Shown one piece after another: positions 29,080 to 38,391 of a stretch of 64,000 nt of DNA. Location: positions 96,001 through 160,000 of the forward strand of contig CBEVQO010000002.1 of NCBI GenBank assembly GCA_965552055.1. The letters run 5' to 3'. Under the pieces are notes generated by a model. It was not told the origin of the DNA. It saw nothing but the letters and a program-made list of their open reading frames with translations, and did no database searches. Position 1 is the stretch's first letter. Every line of letters begins with the position of its first letter. A program made the translations under genes and the position numbers. Source of the stretch: an uncultured bacterium (GTDB lineage: Bacteria > Hydrothermota > UBA3073 > NMUJ01 > CBEVQO01).

Positions 29080-30264
29080 TCATTTTATACCCGCTGTGGA
29101 TATGTCAAGCAATTTTTCGTCTATCTCGAATCCAAGATGATTTCTCATTCTGTATTTTTTGATGACATTTTCGCCCCTCTTTAACCCATAAAGGTCTGCC
29201 AGTGTCCATCTTTCTTTATATTTGAGGAATTTTATTTTGTCTTCGCATCCCCAGTATTCGAGCAATTTTTTCGCTTCATCCTGAGTATGGGGACGCAATT
29301 CAATAGCTGCAAATGTCCTGCCTGCTCTCATAAATGCAGGGTCTATCTCCCTTTCGATATTGGTGGTTATTATGATGCGTGAAGGTATCTGCACTATTCC
29401 GCCTGTCAGTGAAAGGAGGTCACCTGTAACATCAATCCCTGTTTCTTTGCGTGGCTTTACAAATTTATCGAGGTCATCGAGCAAAATTATCATACCATCT
29501 GCTACTTCTTCAAGGAAAGATAAAGATTTCAAAACAGGTTCCTGACGCACCACGAGCAATTCGTTTTTGCCTGCGAATCTGCAAACATGATGCGCAAACC
29601 AGCTTTTGCCAGTGCCACATTCACCAAACAGGAAAAGAACAATCTCATTCGAATTAAGATAATCCTCTATAAACTGCTTTACATCACCATATTTTTCTTT
29701 AATGACAGGATATTTGAGATTCAGCTCTTCTGGTTCATCACAATGCACATATTGTTTGAACCATAATGATTTGGGCTCTCCGAAATCTCGCTCTACAACC
29801 ATAATTTTCACATTTATTCTTATGTATTTGGGTTTGACTTTATCCTTAACTTTGTATTTTTTTAGCCATTTTTCAATTTTCTTTCCAAAGATTTCTTCTG
29901 CTTCTTTACTGCAGAAAAATGCAAAGATATCAACAATTGCTACTTTGTTTTCCGCAACTTCCATTCTGAAGAAACAATTAGCAAATCCTTTAAGAGAAGG
30001 AAATGTCACCATAACATCGTAACCTCGACCTTTATTTACTATTATTTCCCTTTCTTTATCCAGTTTCTTCATCTCCTCATCGAATTCTTTAAAGAATTTC
30101 TCTTCGGAACATGATACCATCATTGAGATTCTTCTCGTAAATAAGTTCTTGTTTGCGTCAAGGAGTTTCAACAGCTTTATCACTCTGTACTGTCTTAAAA
30201 AGCTATTTACAGGCTCAATATCGTCTATATCTAAATTTATCTGAAATTTATCTTTTAGAGTCAT
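29080..30264 (-). CDS. AAA+ ATPase with uncharacterised N-terminal domain
   Basis: GECGTGKS, IILLDD, IIITTN, IDPAFMRAGR. Confidence 0.8.
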   Translation of the reverse strand: MTLKDKFQINLDIDDIEPVNSFLRQYRVIKLLKLLDANKNLFTRRISMMVSCSEEKFFKEFDEEMKKLDKEREIIVNKGRGYDVMVTFPSLKGFANCFFRMEVAENKVAIVDIFAFFCSKEAEEIFGKKIEKWLKKYKVKDKVKPKYIRINVKIMVVERDFGEPKSLWFKQYVHCDEPEELNLKYPVIKEKYGDVKQFIEDYLNSNEIVLFLFGECGTGKSWFAHHVCRFAGKNELLVVRQEPVLKSLSFLEEVADGMIILLDDLDKFVKPRKETGIDVTGDLLSLTGGIVQIPSRIIITTNIEREIDPAFMRAGRTFAAIELRPHTQDEAKKLLEYWGCEDKIKFLKYKERWTLADLYGLKRGENVIKKYRMRNHLGFEIDEKLLDISTAGIK

Positions 30265-30285
30265 AACCCCTCCTTTTAACTTAAA

Positions 30286-30864
30286 TCACACAATATTTAA
30301 CCTTAACAAATAGTAATAATCTCCTATTATGCTTAAGCATAAAGCAAATGTATTGATATCATCGGTATCCTTTCCGAACAACTTTGACATAAGTTTAGAA
30401 ATTTCTCTATAATTATATATTTTCTTACCGCGCTTGAAATTATAAATTTCATTCAATTTAACATGTGTAAAAATTGTTTTCTTTGTTAGGATATTCATTA
30501 CAGTTTTAGTTATCCCTGAATGAGTGATTTCAAAATGATATAATTCGTTTTTCTTTTCATCGATATAATAATCGGTAGCGGCTTTTGCAGGCCAGATGAT
30601 AATTGTATTCGTTATCGTTTTTATGATATTTATTCTGGAAACAATGTATTTGAATATCCTTCTTGATAAAATCAATTGGGAGAAACTTCTTACAGGGAGT
30701 ATCCATACGATGACACCTTCTATATTTCCCGAGATTTTATTCTTTTTAAGATAAATTTTGTAATCTTTTTTCATCAGCGGTAGAATCAGAAAATAAAGTA
30801 TTCTTATGAGAACTGTCTCCACAGCTTTAAACAAGTTTGCCATTATAATGTTTTTTAACTTCAT
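30286..30864 (-). CDS. Hypothetical protein
   Basis: 192 aa; SD AAGGAGGGTG. Confidence 0.55.
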   Translation of the reverse strand: MKLKNIIMANLFKAVETVLIRILYFLILPLMKKDYKIYLKKNKISGNIEGVIVWILPVRSFSQLILSRRIFKYIVSRINIIKTITNTIIIWPAKAATDYYIDEKKNELYHFEITHSGITKTVMNILTKKTIFTHVKLNEIYNFKRGKKIYNYREISKLMSKLFGKDTDDINTFALCLSIIGDYYYLLRLNIV

Positions 30865-30917
30865 TTCACCCTCCTTTTATTGCCCGCCCCGATGGGGCAA
30901 GATTTAAATTCTATAAC

Positions 30918-31142
30918 TTATGCACTTTTCTTATTGATTTTTGCTGCAATAGAAGCGAGCATCGCTATTATCACACCAGGTAAGGAAAATAAGAGCATCC
31001 AGAGTGCTTTACCATAATCGTACACAGCATCGGCTACTCCTTTTCCTCCGTAGGGAATATGTACTGCCTCCGAATAAAATGCAATAGAAATTATAAGACA
31101 AATAGCGAACCATATCCAACCAATGACACTTAATGCTCTCAT
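30918..31142 (-). CDS. Small two-TM membrane protein
   Basis: Two hydrophobic segments; SD GGAGGGGGAG. Confidence 0.7.
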   Translation of the reverse strand: MRALSVIGWIWFAICLIISIAFYSEAVHIPYGGKGVADAVYDYGKALWMLLFSLPGVIIAMLASIAAKINKKSA

Positions 31143-31190
31143 CTCCCCCTCCTTCTTATTATTTTAACGCCCCATCGGAGCAGGCAAAAT

Positions 31191-31742
31191 TTATCGTAAA
31201 CATTCAAATGAACTCAAAACTTTTTTAATAAGTTTTTCCATCTCACCGCCTACCGCCTGATGAAGATAATCTGTATTAATCGTCCACCAGACATTATATA
31301 TTGCAAAAGGTTCAAAATGCAGATAATAAAATCGTGAATATAAACCAAAAGGATGCAATGTCACCACTAAATGCCATTTCCTATCTTTACTGTCATAAAT
31401 ATAAGAGCGACCTTGAATTATCCAGCCTTCTATTTTATCGCCAATGCATGCTGCTGCAAGATATTCGGATATAGACTTTTCATCCCATCTTTGTGGTGAT
31501 GGAAATGAAATTATTCCAATGCATAATCCATACCTGACAGGTGTTTCATAGTCGCCTACTTTAGCACTATAAACAGTGCCATACGCACCCATGTCAACAG
31601 TGCGTTCTGTTTTTACATAAAAGTCAGGAACCTTTACTTTGAATAAGCCACTCGGATGACGATACCATTTCATATCCACACAGAATGCTCCACTTCCGTC
31701 TACAATAAAAATCATAAACAATACTATTTTTAAATACTTCAT
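31191..31742 (-). CDS. Exported hypothetical protein
   Basis: MKYLKIVLFMIFIV signal-like start after SD GGAGGGGG. Confidence 0.65.
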   Translation of the reverse strand: MKYLKIVLFMIFIVDGSGAFCVDMKWYRHPSGLFKVKVPDFYVKTERTVDMGAYGTVYSAKVGDYETPVRYGLCIGIISFPSPQRWDEKSISEYLAAACIGDKIEGWIIQGRSYIYDSKDRKWHLVVTLHPFGLYSRFYYLHFEPFAIYNVWWTINTDYLHQAVGGEMEKLIKKVLSSFECLR

Positions 31743-31807
31743 AACCCCCTCCTTCCCCATCGGAGCAGGCAAAATTTACTTTCGATTTTCAAAGAGCTCT
31801 CTCAATT

Positions 31808-31838
31808 ATTTATTACTTCTTTCATGTATTTTCTTACA
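31808..31838 (-). promoter_or_regulatory. Putative ECF promoter, copy 2
   Basis: TGTAAGAAAA tacatgaaagaag TAATAAAT. Confidence 0.6.
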
Positions 31839-32478
31839 CAAATTTTTTAATGAGTTCATCTTTGTATGCATCTGTCATTTCTTCTCGCTCTCTTGCTCTC
31901 ATTTTTTCATTATATTCTTTAACTGCTTCTTTTATCCTTCTGCGTAAGTTCTCCGGACTCGAAGCATAACCCAGTATTTTATTGAACTGAGAAAGAATAT
32001 AGCGTAAATGTAAAGGTGTGGGAATTAATACACTTAATGGTATTTTTTGCTCCTCACCAAATACATTTTTTGTTCTTTTCCATATTATGAAGTAAAATTC
32101 TTTGTAATCTGCAACTACTTCAAAATCTTCATACCCATAAATGTATTTAAATCTGACTTCTTCGGGCTTCACTTCTACTTTTTCACACTTTATCCATTTA
32201 AGACAATCAAGCACTTCTTCGAGTTTTAAAGGTTTATATTTGCCACCCTGACATATTGCTGTCATAAAGCGCCCCTGATCCGGACGCTGATGTAACCTGC
32301 ATTCTATCATCGTTTTTACCATTTTTGCAGATAAATGACTACTACTGCTCTCAACAAATCGATAACCTTTCAGTTCTGCCCATACCGGCATAATAACACG
32401 AATATCATAGGGATTGTAAATATACCAATCCCAAATACCTTCTAATTCTGCCCACACAGGATTTTTAATTTTTAACAT
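31834..32478 (-). CDS. Hypothetical protein
   Basis: SD AAGGAGGTG before ATG 32478. Confidence 0.65.
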   Translation of the reverse strand: MLKIKNPVWAELEGIWDWYIYNPYDIRVIMPVWAELKGYRFVESSSSHLSAKMVKTMIECRLHQRPDQGRFMTAICQGGKYKPLKLEEVLDCLKWIKCEKVEVKPEEVRFKYIYGYEDFEVVADYKEFYFIIWKRTKNVFGEEQKIPLSVLIPTPLHLRYILSQFNKILGYASSPENLRRRIKEAVKEYNEKMRAREREEMTDAYKDELIKKFV

Positions 32479-32504
32479 ATCACCTCCTTTTTGCCATCTC
32501 ATAT

Positions 32505-32535
32505 TTATATTAAACTAAATTACGATTTTCTTACA
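32505..32535 (-). promoter_or_regulatory. Putative ECF promoter, copy 3
   Basis: TGTAAGAAAA tcgtaatttagtt TAATATAA. Confidence 0.6.
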
Positions 32536-33790
32536 AATCTATTTTCAGAATTAACCAGTCGTTCCTTTTAAAGGGCTTTTCATCTGTCGTTAATAATATT
32601 TTTCTTTTAGCTTTTAAATTAAGATATTTCTTCCATTCTTCGCCTCTCCATAATCCGTCTGTTAGTATTACAAGCATATCCTGTGCTTTTATCCGCTTAC
32701 TTACTTCAGCGAGCGCTTCTGTAGGGTCTGTTCCACCCCTACCTTTTATCTTAAAACTCACTTTATTGGTAAATCTCTTAAAACCATAAAATTTAACATC
32801 CCAGCATCCCCAGTAAACTTCTGCTTCTTTGCTCATGCTTTTAATCTCTCCCATAAATTGTTGGAGTTGTTTTTTGTCTATACTTCCACTCGTATCTAAA
32901 AGGACGAAAACCCTGCCCTTTTCGAGATATAATCTCCCTTTCGCATCCGGTACCTTTCTGCTGGGACGCTTCCATGTGGGAATGCAAAAACTCGAAATCC
33001 ATTCCCTGTAATATGTGCGTAAAAGGCGTTTCCAGTTTACTTTGCTTTTAAATAGAATATCAACAAGTTCTTCCAAGCCAGCGGGAAGATATCCTGCTGT
33101 TTTTGCTAATACCAAAGCACGCCTGAACTCATCCCTGATTTTTTCCTTTTCTTCATCTCTGACTCCCGAACCCTCGCTAGGATATTTCTTTTCTTCTCCT
33201 CCGGCTCCTGAACCCTCGCTAGGATATTTCTTTTCTTCTCCTCCGGCTCCTGAACTCTCATCTCCTAAATCCTTGCGAGGATAAAGGTCGCTTCCTTTTA
33301 TAATATTAAGGATACGGTCTATTCTTATTTTTCCCGATTTTACCTTTGATAATAATTCTTTGTAAATTTCTTCGGTACTCATCCTTTTTATTTCATATAC
33401 GGATTTTCCAATCAATTGAGCGATTGTAAAAGGAGTTATTTCCCTGTAAGATAGTTTGAAATTAAGTTCATCTAAGTATTGATTGACTTTGCAATCGGCT
33501 GCTATATTCCATAGCAGGGCATCTATTTCATCCAGATTTTTTATCCTTTCGCAGTGTTCAAGCACTATATGAAGCAACTCGTGAAATAATAATTTAACGC
33601 CTTCTGCAATTGTGTGAATTTTTGATGTATTCAAAAAGATTTCCAATCCATTCGTATAAGCCGGAACTTCAGATTCTTCGTCTATTCTTAGATATTTCTG
33701 AACCTTCCACAACACAGGGACAAAAAAGGGAAATAATACAGAACTAATTTCAATCGCTGCTTCAAATATGCTTTTCAACAGGTTGCTCAT
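32531..33790 (-). CDS. DUF2201-like metallopeptidase-vWA protein 1
   Basis: AYTNG, HELLH (HExxH), WNIAADCKVN, MIDAS DTSGS, GRGGTD, ILTDG. Confidence 0.87.
   Translation of the reverse strand: MSNLLKSIFEAAIEISSVLFPFFVPVLWKVQKYLRIDEESEVPAYTNGLEIFLNTSKIHTIAEGVKLLFHELLHIVLEHCERIKNLDEIDALLWNIAADCKVNQYLDELNFKLSYREITPFTIAQLIGKSVYEIKRMSTEEIYKELLSKVKSGKIRIDRILNIIKGSDLYPRKDLGDESSGAGGEEKKYPSEGSGAGGEEKKYPSEGSGVRDEEKEKIRDEFRRALVLAKTAGYLPAGLEELVDILFKSKVNWKRLLRTYYREWISSFCIPTWKRPSRKVPDAKGRLYLEKGRVFVLLDTSGSIDKKQLQQFMGEIKSMSKEAEVYWGCWDVKFYGFKRFTNKVSFKIKGRGGTDPTEALAEVSKRIKAQDMLVILTDGLWRGEEWKKYLNLKAKRKILLTTDEKPFKRNDWLILKIDL
33168..33255. repeat. 42-bp coding tandem repeat (GSGAGGEEKKYPSE) in the vWA1 linker
   Basis: gaaccctcgctaggatatttcttttcttctcctccggctcct occurs twice. 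Confidence 0.85.
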
Positions 33791-33802
33791 AATACCTCCT
33801 TT

Positions 33803-34936
33803 TTACCATTCTTTTTTAAACTTTGCAACTTTTGTTCCTAAATCTTTAATTAATTCTTTGAGAGATGTATCTATCATTTTGAGCATTTCTTCGTAAATTT
33901 CTCTCCTCTTTTTGACTGGCAACATCCTGAAGAAAAGAGAAAGAGTAAGCATCACCATTTCTCTGTCCTCAGAAAGAGCAGGAATGAAAATCACTTCCTC
34001 AATTTTCTTATATTTTTCAGGGAAATTTTTTAACAAATAGTGAGCAAGATGTGTGAAAAAGAGATATTTTATATCCATCGTTTTCAATTTATCTCCGGGA
34101 TATTTTTTATTCTTAATACACTCTTCTATATCCGGGAAATTCCTTGTTACTTTGATAAACTGATAAAATTTACTTCCAACTTCGCCTCCCAAAAATGCCT
34201 GACAATCTTCTTCGTAATACTTTTCATTTTTGTTTAGAAATTCGCTGAGCATCGTCCAGCTTCTTGGAGTCGGATAAGGTTCTACAGCTGTACCCGAATC
34301 AGGTGGTTTGTAAAAATCCTCCGGAAACTTCATCAAATATGCTATTACATTGGGGTTAGTTCTCTCTTTTGTTGACTCATAAGAAATCCATTCTTTAACG
34401 GTGGCAGGTTCAACTTCATATACTGCTGCGCGATTCATTATCGGAGTGGCTAATTCTGTTGCTACATCGCTGTATTCCGGGGGATTGCCTGCACCCACCA
34501 CCATTACATCGGGATGAAGTTTCAACCATCCAACTCTTTTATCCAGCAACAATTTGAATAAAATGCTCTGTACATCGGGACGCAATGTGTTAGATATTTC
34601 ATCCAGAAATAATACACCCGGACACTTACTTAATGCATGCAATGGTCTGTTATACTTGAACTGAAGCTTTCCATCATTTTCACGGGGTATAAAGAAATCT
34701 TCCTGTGTAACCTCATATAATCTAATATCGAGCAAGATAAAGGAATTTTTAATTTCTCCGTCGGACAAACTATCATCCCACTCCAGATATTTCAATCCCA
34801 TCTCTTTTGCTTTTTGTTCTGCAAATTCATGAACCTGCTCAGATTTACCGATACCAGGACCTCCAAATAGTATCACAGTGCGAGGATAATGACGATTGAG
34901 TGTCTCCAATACACGATTTATTTTTAATTTCTTCAT
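33803..34936 (-). CDS. MoxR-like AAA ATPase 1
   Basis: GGPGIGKS, LFLDEI, GAGN, MNR, PTPRSW; SD before ATG 34936. Confidence 0.87.
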   Translation of the reverse strand: MKKLKINRVLETLNRHYPRTVILFGGPGIGKSEQVHEFAEQKAKEMGLKYLEWDDSLSDGEIKNSFILLDIRLYEVTQEDFFIPRENDGKLQFKYNRPLHALSKCPGVLFLDEISNTLRPDVQSILFKLLLDKRVGWLKLHPDVMVVGAGNPPEYSDVATELATPIMNRAAVYEVEPATVKEWISYESTKERTNPNVIAYLMKFPEDFYKPPDSGTAVEPYPTPRSWTMLSEFLNKNEKYYEEDCQAFLGGEVGSKFYQFIKVTRNFPDIEECIKNKKYPGDKLKTMDIKYLFFTHLAHYLLKNFPEKYKKIEEVIFIPALSEDREMVMLTLSLFFRMLPVKKRREIYEEMLKMIDTSLKELIKDLGTKVAKFKKEW

Positions 34937-34949
34937 AACACCCCCCAGC

Positions 34950-35420
34950 TTATTGAAAGAGGCAAATAAAAGATGCAATTGATGTGAGCCTGTCATTTAA
35001 ATTGTTAAGAATTGAGGTGACATCTCTTTTTAATTCTTCTTTACTCTTGATATTCTTCTTCCATATCATAAAATAAGTTGAAATTATTTTGATTGAATAA
35101 CCTTTCACTCCGAGAGATTTGTATATATCTTGCATTATACAACCTCTTATGTCCTTATTTTGAAATGAACCCATGTATTTGCTGAAAAGATAAATCAGTT
35201 TTTCGAATTCAATTGTGAGAAATACTTTGTAGTGCTCTCGCTTCACAATCCACATTATAAGTTGAGTATCGTATCCAAATTGTTTCAGCAGAGTTTGTTT
35301 AACTTGAATCTCATATCCATTTTCTCCCAGTAATTTACCTGTTAAATCGAAAGGAAACTGAACCTTTGATTCCAAATCATGCATAATTTCTCTCATTTCA
35401 CACTGTAATTGCTTAATCAT
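34950..35420 (-). CDS. Hypothetical protein
   Basis: SD AAGGAGGTG; C-terminus resembles the neighbouring ORF. Confidence 0.65.
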   Translation of the reverse strand: MIKQLQCEMREIMHDLESKVQFPFDLTGKLLGENGYEIQVKQTLLKQFGYDTQLIMWIVKREHYKVFLTIEFEKLIYLFSKYMGSFQNKDIRGCIMQDIYKSLGVKGYSIKIISTYFMIWKKNIKSKEELKRDVTSILNNLNDRLTSIASFICLFQ

Positions 35421-35444
35421 AACACCTCCTTTAAATTTATAATT

Positions 35445-35942
35445 TTAGCCGTAAGCCCGTTGTTGATATAATATCATCATAATATCGTTGAGAACCGAGA
35501 TGCAAAATTGTTTCACTTTTGTTTCACTATATATATCTCTTGCTATACGGAGGAAACCCTTTCCAACATCAACTTTATAACCTCTTAATTTAAGCCGGTT
35601 ATATATTTCCCCCAAAATGCATCTTTTTACATTTTTGATTACTTTCTTTATTTTTTTCTCTTCCTTTTTATCTTTAATTTTTATCACTGCATTTGGACAG
35701 CCAACTGCAACCCATATTCTATAAATCTTGGACCTTTTAACAATGCGAAGCATAATCCGGGCAGTGATGTTGAAATCAGGGAAATTAATCAACACGGTGG
35801 ATTTACCATCAATCTGAAAATCCGAGCTGTTATCACCAAGCTGGCATATTGTAAGGCAAGGTGGGTTCTTAACACCCAGATATATCGCACGCATAATCCT
35901 TGCCCCGGCTCCAAAGCACAAAAAATCATGCATACGAAACAT
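35445..35942 (-). CDS. Hypothetical protein
   Basis: SD GGGGGGTG before ATG 35942. Confidence 0.6.
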   Translation of the reverse strand: MFRMHDFLCFGAGARIMRAIYLGVKNPPCLTICQLGDNSSDFQIDGKSTVLINFPDFNITARIMLRIVKRSKIYRIWVAVGCPNAVIKIKDKKEEKKIKKVIKNVKRCILGEIYNRLKLRGYKVDVGKGFLRIARDIYSETKVKQFCISVLNDIMMILYQQRAYG

Positions 35943-35965
35943 AACACCCCCCTTGTTTCTCATTA

Positions 35966-35995
35966 ATTATTACTGCTTTTGATTATTTTCTTACA
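35966..35995 (-). promoter_or_regulatory. Putative ECF promoter, copy 4
   Basis: TGTAAGAAAA taatcaaaagcag TAATAAT. Confidence 0.6.
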
Positions 35996-37217
35996 AATCT
36001 ATTTTCAAAATTGTCCAGTCATTTCTCCTGAAAGGTTTTTTACTCGTAGTCAAAAGCAATTTTCTTTTCGCATTTATATTAAGATATTTTTTCCACTCAT
36101 TTCCATACCATTCCCCATCCGTAAGAATTACAAGCATATCATGTGGTTTTATAACTTTTTTAACTTCCTTTAAAGCTTTTGTAGGGTCTGTTCCACCTCT
36201 CCCTCTTATCTTGAATTTTGTTTCACTATTTTTTACCTTTTGCAAACCGTAGAAATCAACATCCCAGCATCCCCAGTAAACTTCTGCATCCTTATTCATA
36301 GTTTTTATCTCAGCCATAAACTGTTCAAGTTCAGCATGCCCGATACTACCGCTTGTATCTACGAGTACATAAACTTTACCTTTTCCCAAATATAATTTGC
36401 CTTTGACATCGGGAACTTTTCTGCTCGGACGCTTCCATGTTGATACACAAAAATGAGATATCCATTCACGGAAATATGTACGCAAAAATCTCTTCCAGTT
36501 TATCTTGCTTTTGTCTTTTGCATCCACAACCTCTTCCATCTTTGCTGCTACATTGCCAGCACTCTTCAGCGCTTCTGTTATACCCCGCCTAATTTCATCA
36601 AGGTCTATATCTTCAAATTGATTTCCCACACCTGCTCCCTCTTCACATTCTTCCATATCTTCATCTACTTCAATAACTTCAGGTATGCATCCACTTGATA
36701 AACATTCCAGTAAATCCCAATCTACTTCTTTTAATCTACCTCGACATTTTTTTACAATCTTTATCTCATGAATCTTCACTACTTCGGCGAGTTTTAAATA
36801 AATTTGTTCTGTTGTCATTTTCTCTATTTGCTGTGGAGAAAAGCCAGTTAATCCTTCAATGATTCTCGCTGTTTGCATATCCTTCGTCTTTAAACCGAGT
36901 TTTGACATTATTGCATTCACTTTACAATCTGCTGCAAGATTCCACAATAATCTATTTCTTTTATCCATAAATTTCAATCTTAAAGGATGTTCAAGAATAT
37001 AATGGAAGAAAACATGCAAAAAATTTATGCATTCTTCTCCTGTGCTTAACCTCTCGGGGTTTACCCTTATTATCCTGCCATCTGTCTTTACAGGTGTGTC
37101 CATTTCTCTATCTTCTACAACTGCTTTTTCAACCCTGTATAATGCTGGCAAAAGAAAATGTGCTTTGGAAACCGTTAATAATTGCCTTACCTTTTTAATT
37201 AATGTTGCGGTATCCAT
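35991..37217 (-). CDS. DUF2201-like metallopeptidase-vWA protein 2 (HExxH degenerate)
   Basis: KTDG, HVFFH in place of HExxH, WNLAADCKVN, DTSGS, GRGGTD, ILTDG. Confidence 0.85.
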   Translation of the reverse strand: MDTATLIKKVRQLLTVSKAHFLLPALYRVEKAVVEDREMDTPVKTDGRIIRVNPERLSTGEECINFLHVFFHYILEHPLRLKFMDKRNRLLWNLAADCKVNAIMSKLGLKTKDMQTARIIEGLTGFSPQQIEKMTTEQIYLKLAEVVKIHEIKIVKKCRGRLKEVDWDLLECLSSGCIPEVIEVDEDMEECEEGAGVGNQFEDIDLDEIRRGITEALKSAGNVAAKMEEVVDAKDKSKINWKRFLRTYFREWISHFCVSTWKRPSRKVPDVKGKLYLGKGKVYVLVDTSGSIGHAELEQFMAEIKTMNKDAEVYWGCWDVDFYGLQKVKNSETKFKIRGRGGTDPTKALKEVKKVIKPHDMLVILTDGEWYGNEWKKYLNINAKRKLLLTTSKKPFRRNDWTILKIDL

Positions 37218-37229
37218 TTTTACCTCCCG

Positions 37230-38336
37230 CTATGTTGCGATTAACTCATCTGCGGATTCAATTCTACTGCTCAATAATTCTCTAAGTTCTACATGCATTA
37301 TCTGGAGTATCTTCTCTATCTCATCTTTTTTCCATCCTTTTAAAATTGCGTGCAATGTAACTACAAGAAATTCTTTATTTCTTTTCAGCATGCGTAGCAG
37401 GATTTTATTTTCAACTTCTTTATACCTGTCTGGATGTTTCCTCACCCACATTGCCACATGGAAAGCAAAATTATATAATTTATCTATTGAATTTATCGTA
37501 TGTAGTTTTAGCGGATTCTTCAAAATATCTTCAACCGATGGTATCCTATATCTCGTTGATAAGAAAAAGTTACTCCCCACTTCTCCTCCCAGGAATGCCT
37601 GACAATCTGCTTCAGTGAAATCCGGATTGTTATTCAGGAAGCAGGATAAAAGTGTCCAGCTTCTAGGTGTAGGATAAGGTTCTGATGTTGCTCCTTTTTG
37701 CGGTGGCAGATAAAAATGCTCCGGATGTTTCAATAAATAAGTGGCGACATAGTGATTGAGGCGACCCTTCTCTGTTTCATAAGAAATCCATTCTTTAACA
37801 CTTACATGCTCCACCTCATATATGGCTGCACGGTTCATTATCGGAGTGGCTAACTCCGTTGCTACTTCGCTGTATTCGGGTGGATTACCCGCACCTATAA
37901 CCATCACATCTTTATGAAGCTTTAGCCATCCAACTCTTTTATCGAGTAACAATTTAAACAAAATGCTCTGCACATCCGGGCGAACGGTATTTGAGATTTC
38001 ATCAAGGAAAAGCACACCGGGATGTTGACCCAAAGCTCTCAGAGGTCTGTTATATTTGAAAACTATGCCGTCAGAAGTTTCACGGGGAATAAAGAAATCT
38101 TCGGGAGTAACTTCATACAATCTCATATCCAGAAGTATAAATGCATTCTTTAAATCTCCTTCTGTAAGCCTATCATCCCATTCCACAAAGTTCAGTCCCA
38201 ATTTCTCTGCTTTCTCCCTGGCAAACTCCCTAACCTGTTCGGATTTGCCGATGCCAGGTCCACCAAAGAATATCACCGTCCCGGGAAAATGTTTATGCAG
38301 GGTTTCTTTTATCTCATTTACCTTGATTTTAACCAT
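37230..38336 (-). CDS. MoxR-like AAA ATPase 2
   Basis: GGPGIGKS, LFLDEI, PTPRSW; close paralog of 33803-34936. Confidence 0.87.
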   Translation of the reverse strand: MVKIKVNEIKETLHKHFPGTVIFFGGPGIGKSEQVREFAREKAEKLGLNFVEWDDRLTEGDLKNAFILLDMRLYEVTPEDFFIPRETSDGIVFKYNRPLRALGQHPGVLFLDEISNTVRPDVQSILFKLLLDKRVGWLKLHKDVMVIGAGNPPEYSEVATELATPIMNRAAIYEVEHVSVKEWISYETEKGRLNHYVATYLLKHPEHFYLPPQKGATSEPYPTPRSWTLLSCFLNNNPDFTEADCQAFLGGEVGSNFFLSTRYRIPSVEDILKNPLKLHTINSIDKLYNFAFHVAMWVRKHPDRYKEVENKILLRMLKRNKEFLVVTLHAILKGWKKDEIEKILQIMHVELRELLSSRIESADELIAT

Positions 38337-38361
38337 ATCACCCCCTTATGCTACTTCATTA

Positions 38362-38391
38362 ATATTTACCCTCTTTTACAAATTTCTTACA
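38362..38391 (-). promoter_or_regulatory. Putative ECF promoter, copy 5 (head of island)
   Basis: TGTAAGAAAT ttgtaaaagaggg TAAATAT; fully intergenic. Confidence 0.6.

Larger units (their letters stand above)
30880..31778. repeat. Short intergenic repeat ccccatcggagcaggcaaaattta (31170-31193, 31755-31778) with an inverted variant at 30880-30900
   Basis: 24-bp exact direct repeat; inverted copy ttgcccgccccgatggggcaa has two mismatches in the core. Confidence 0.8.
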
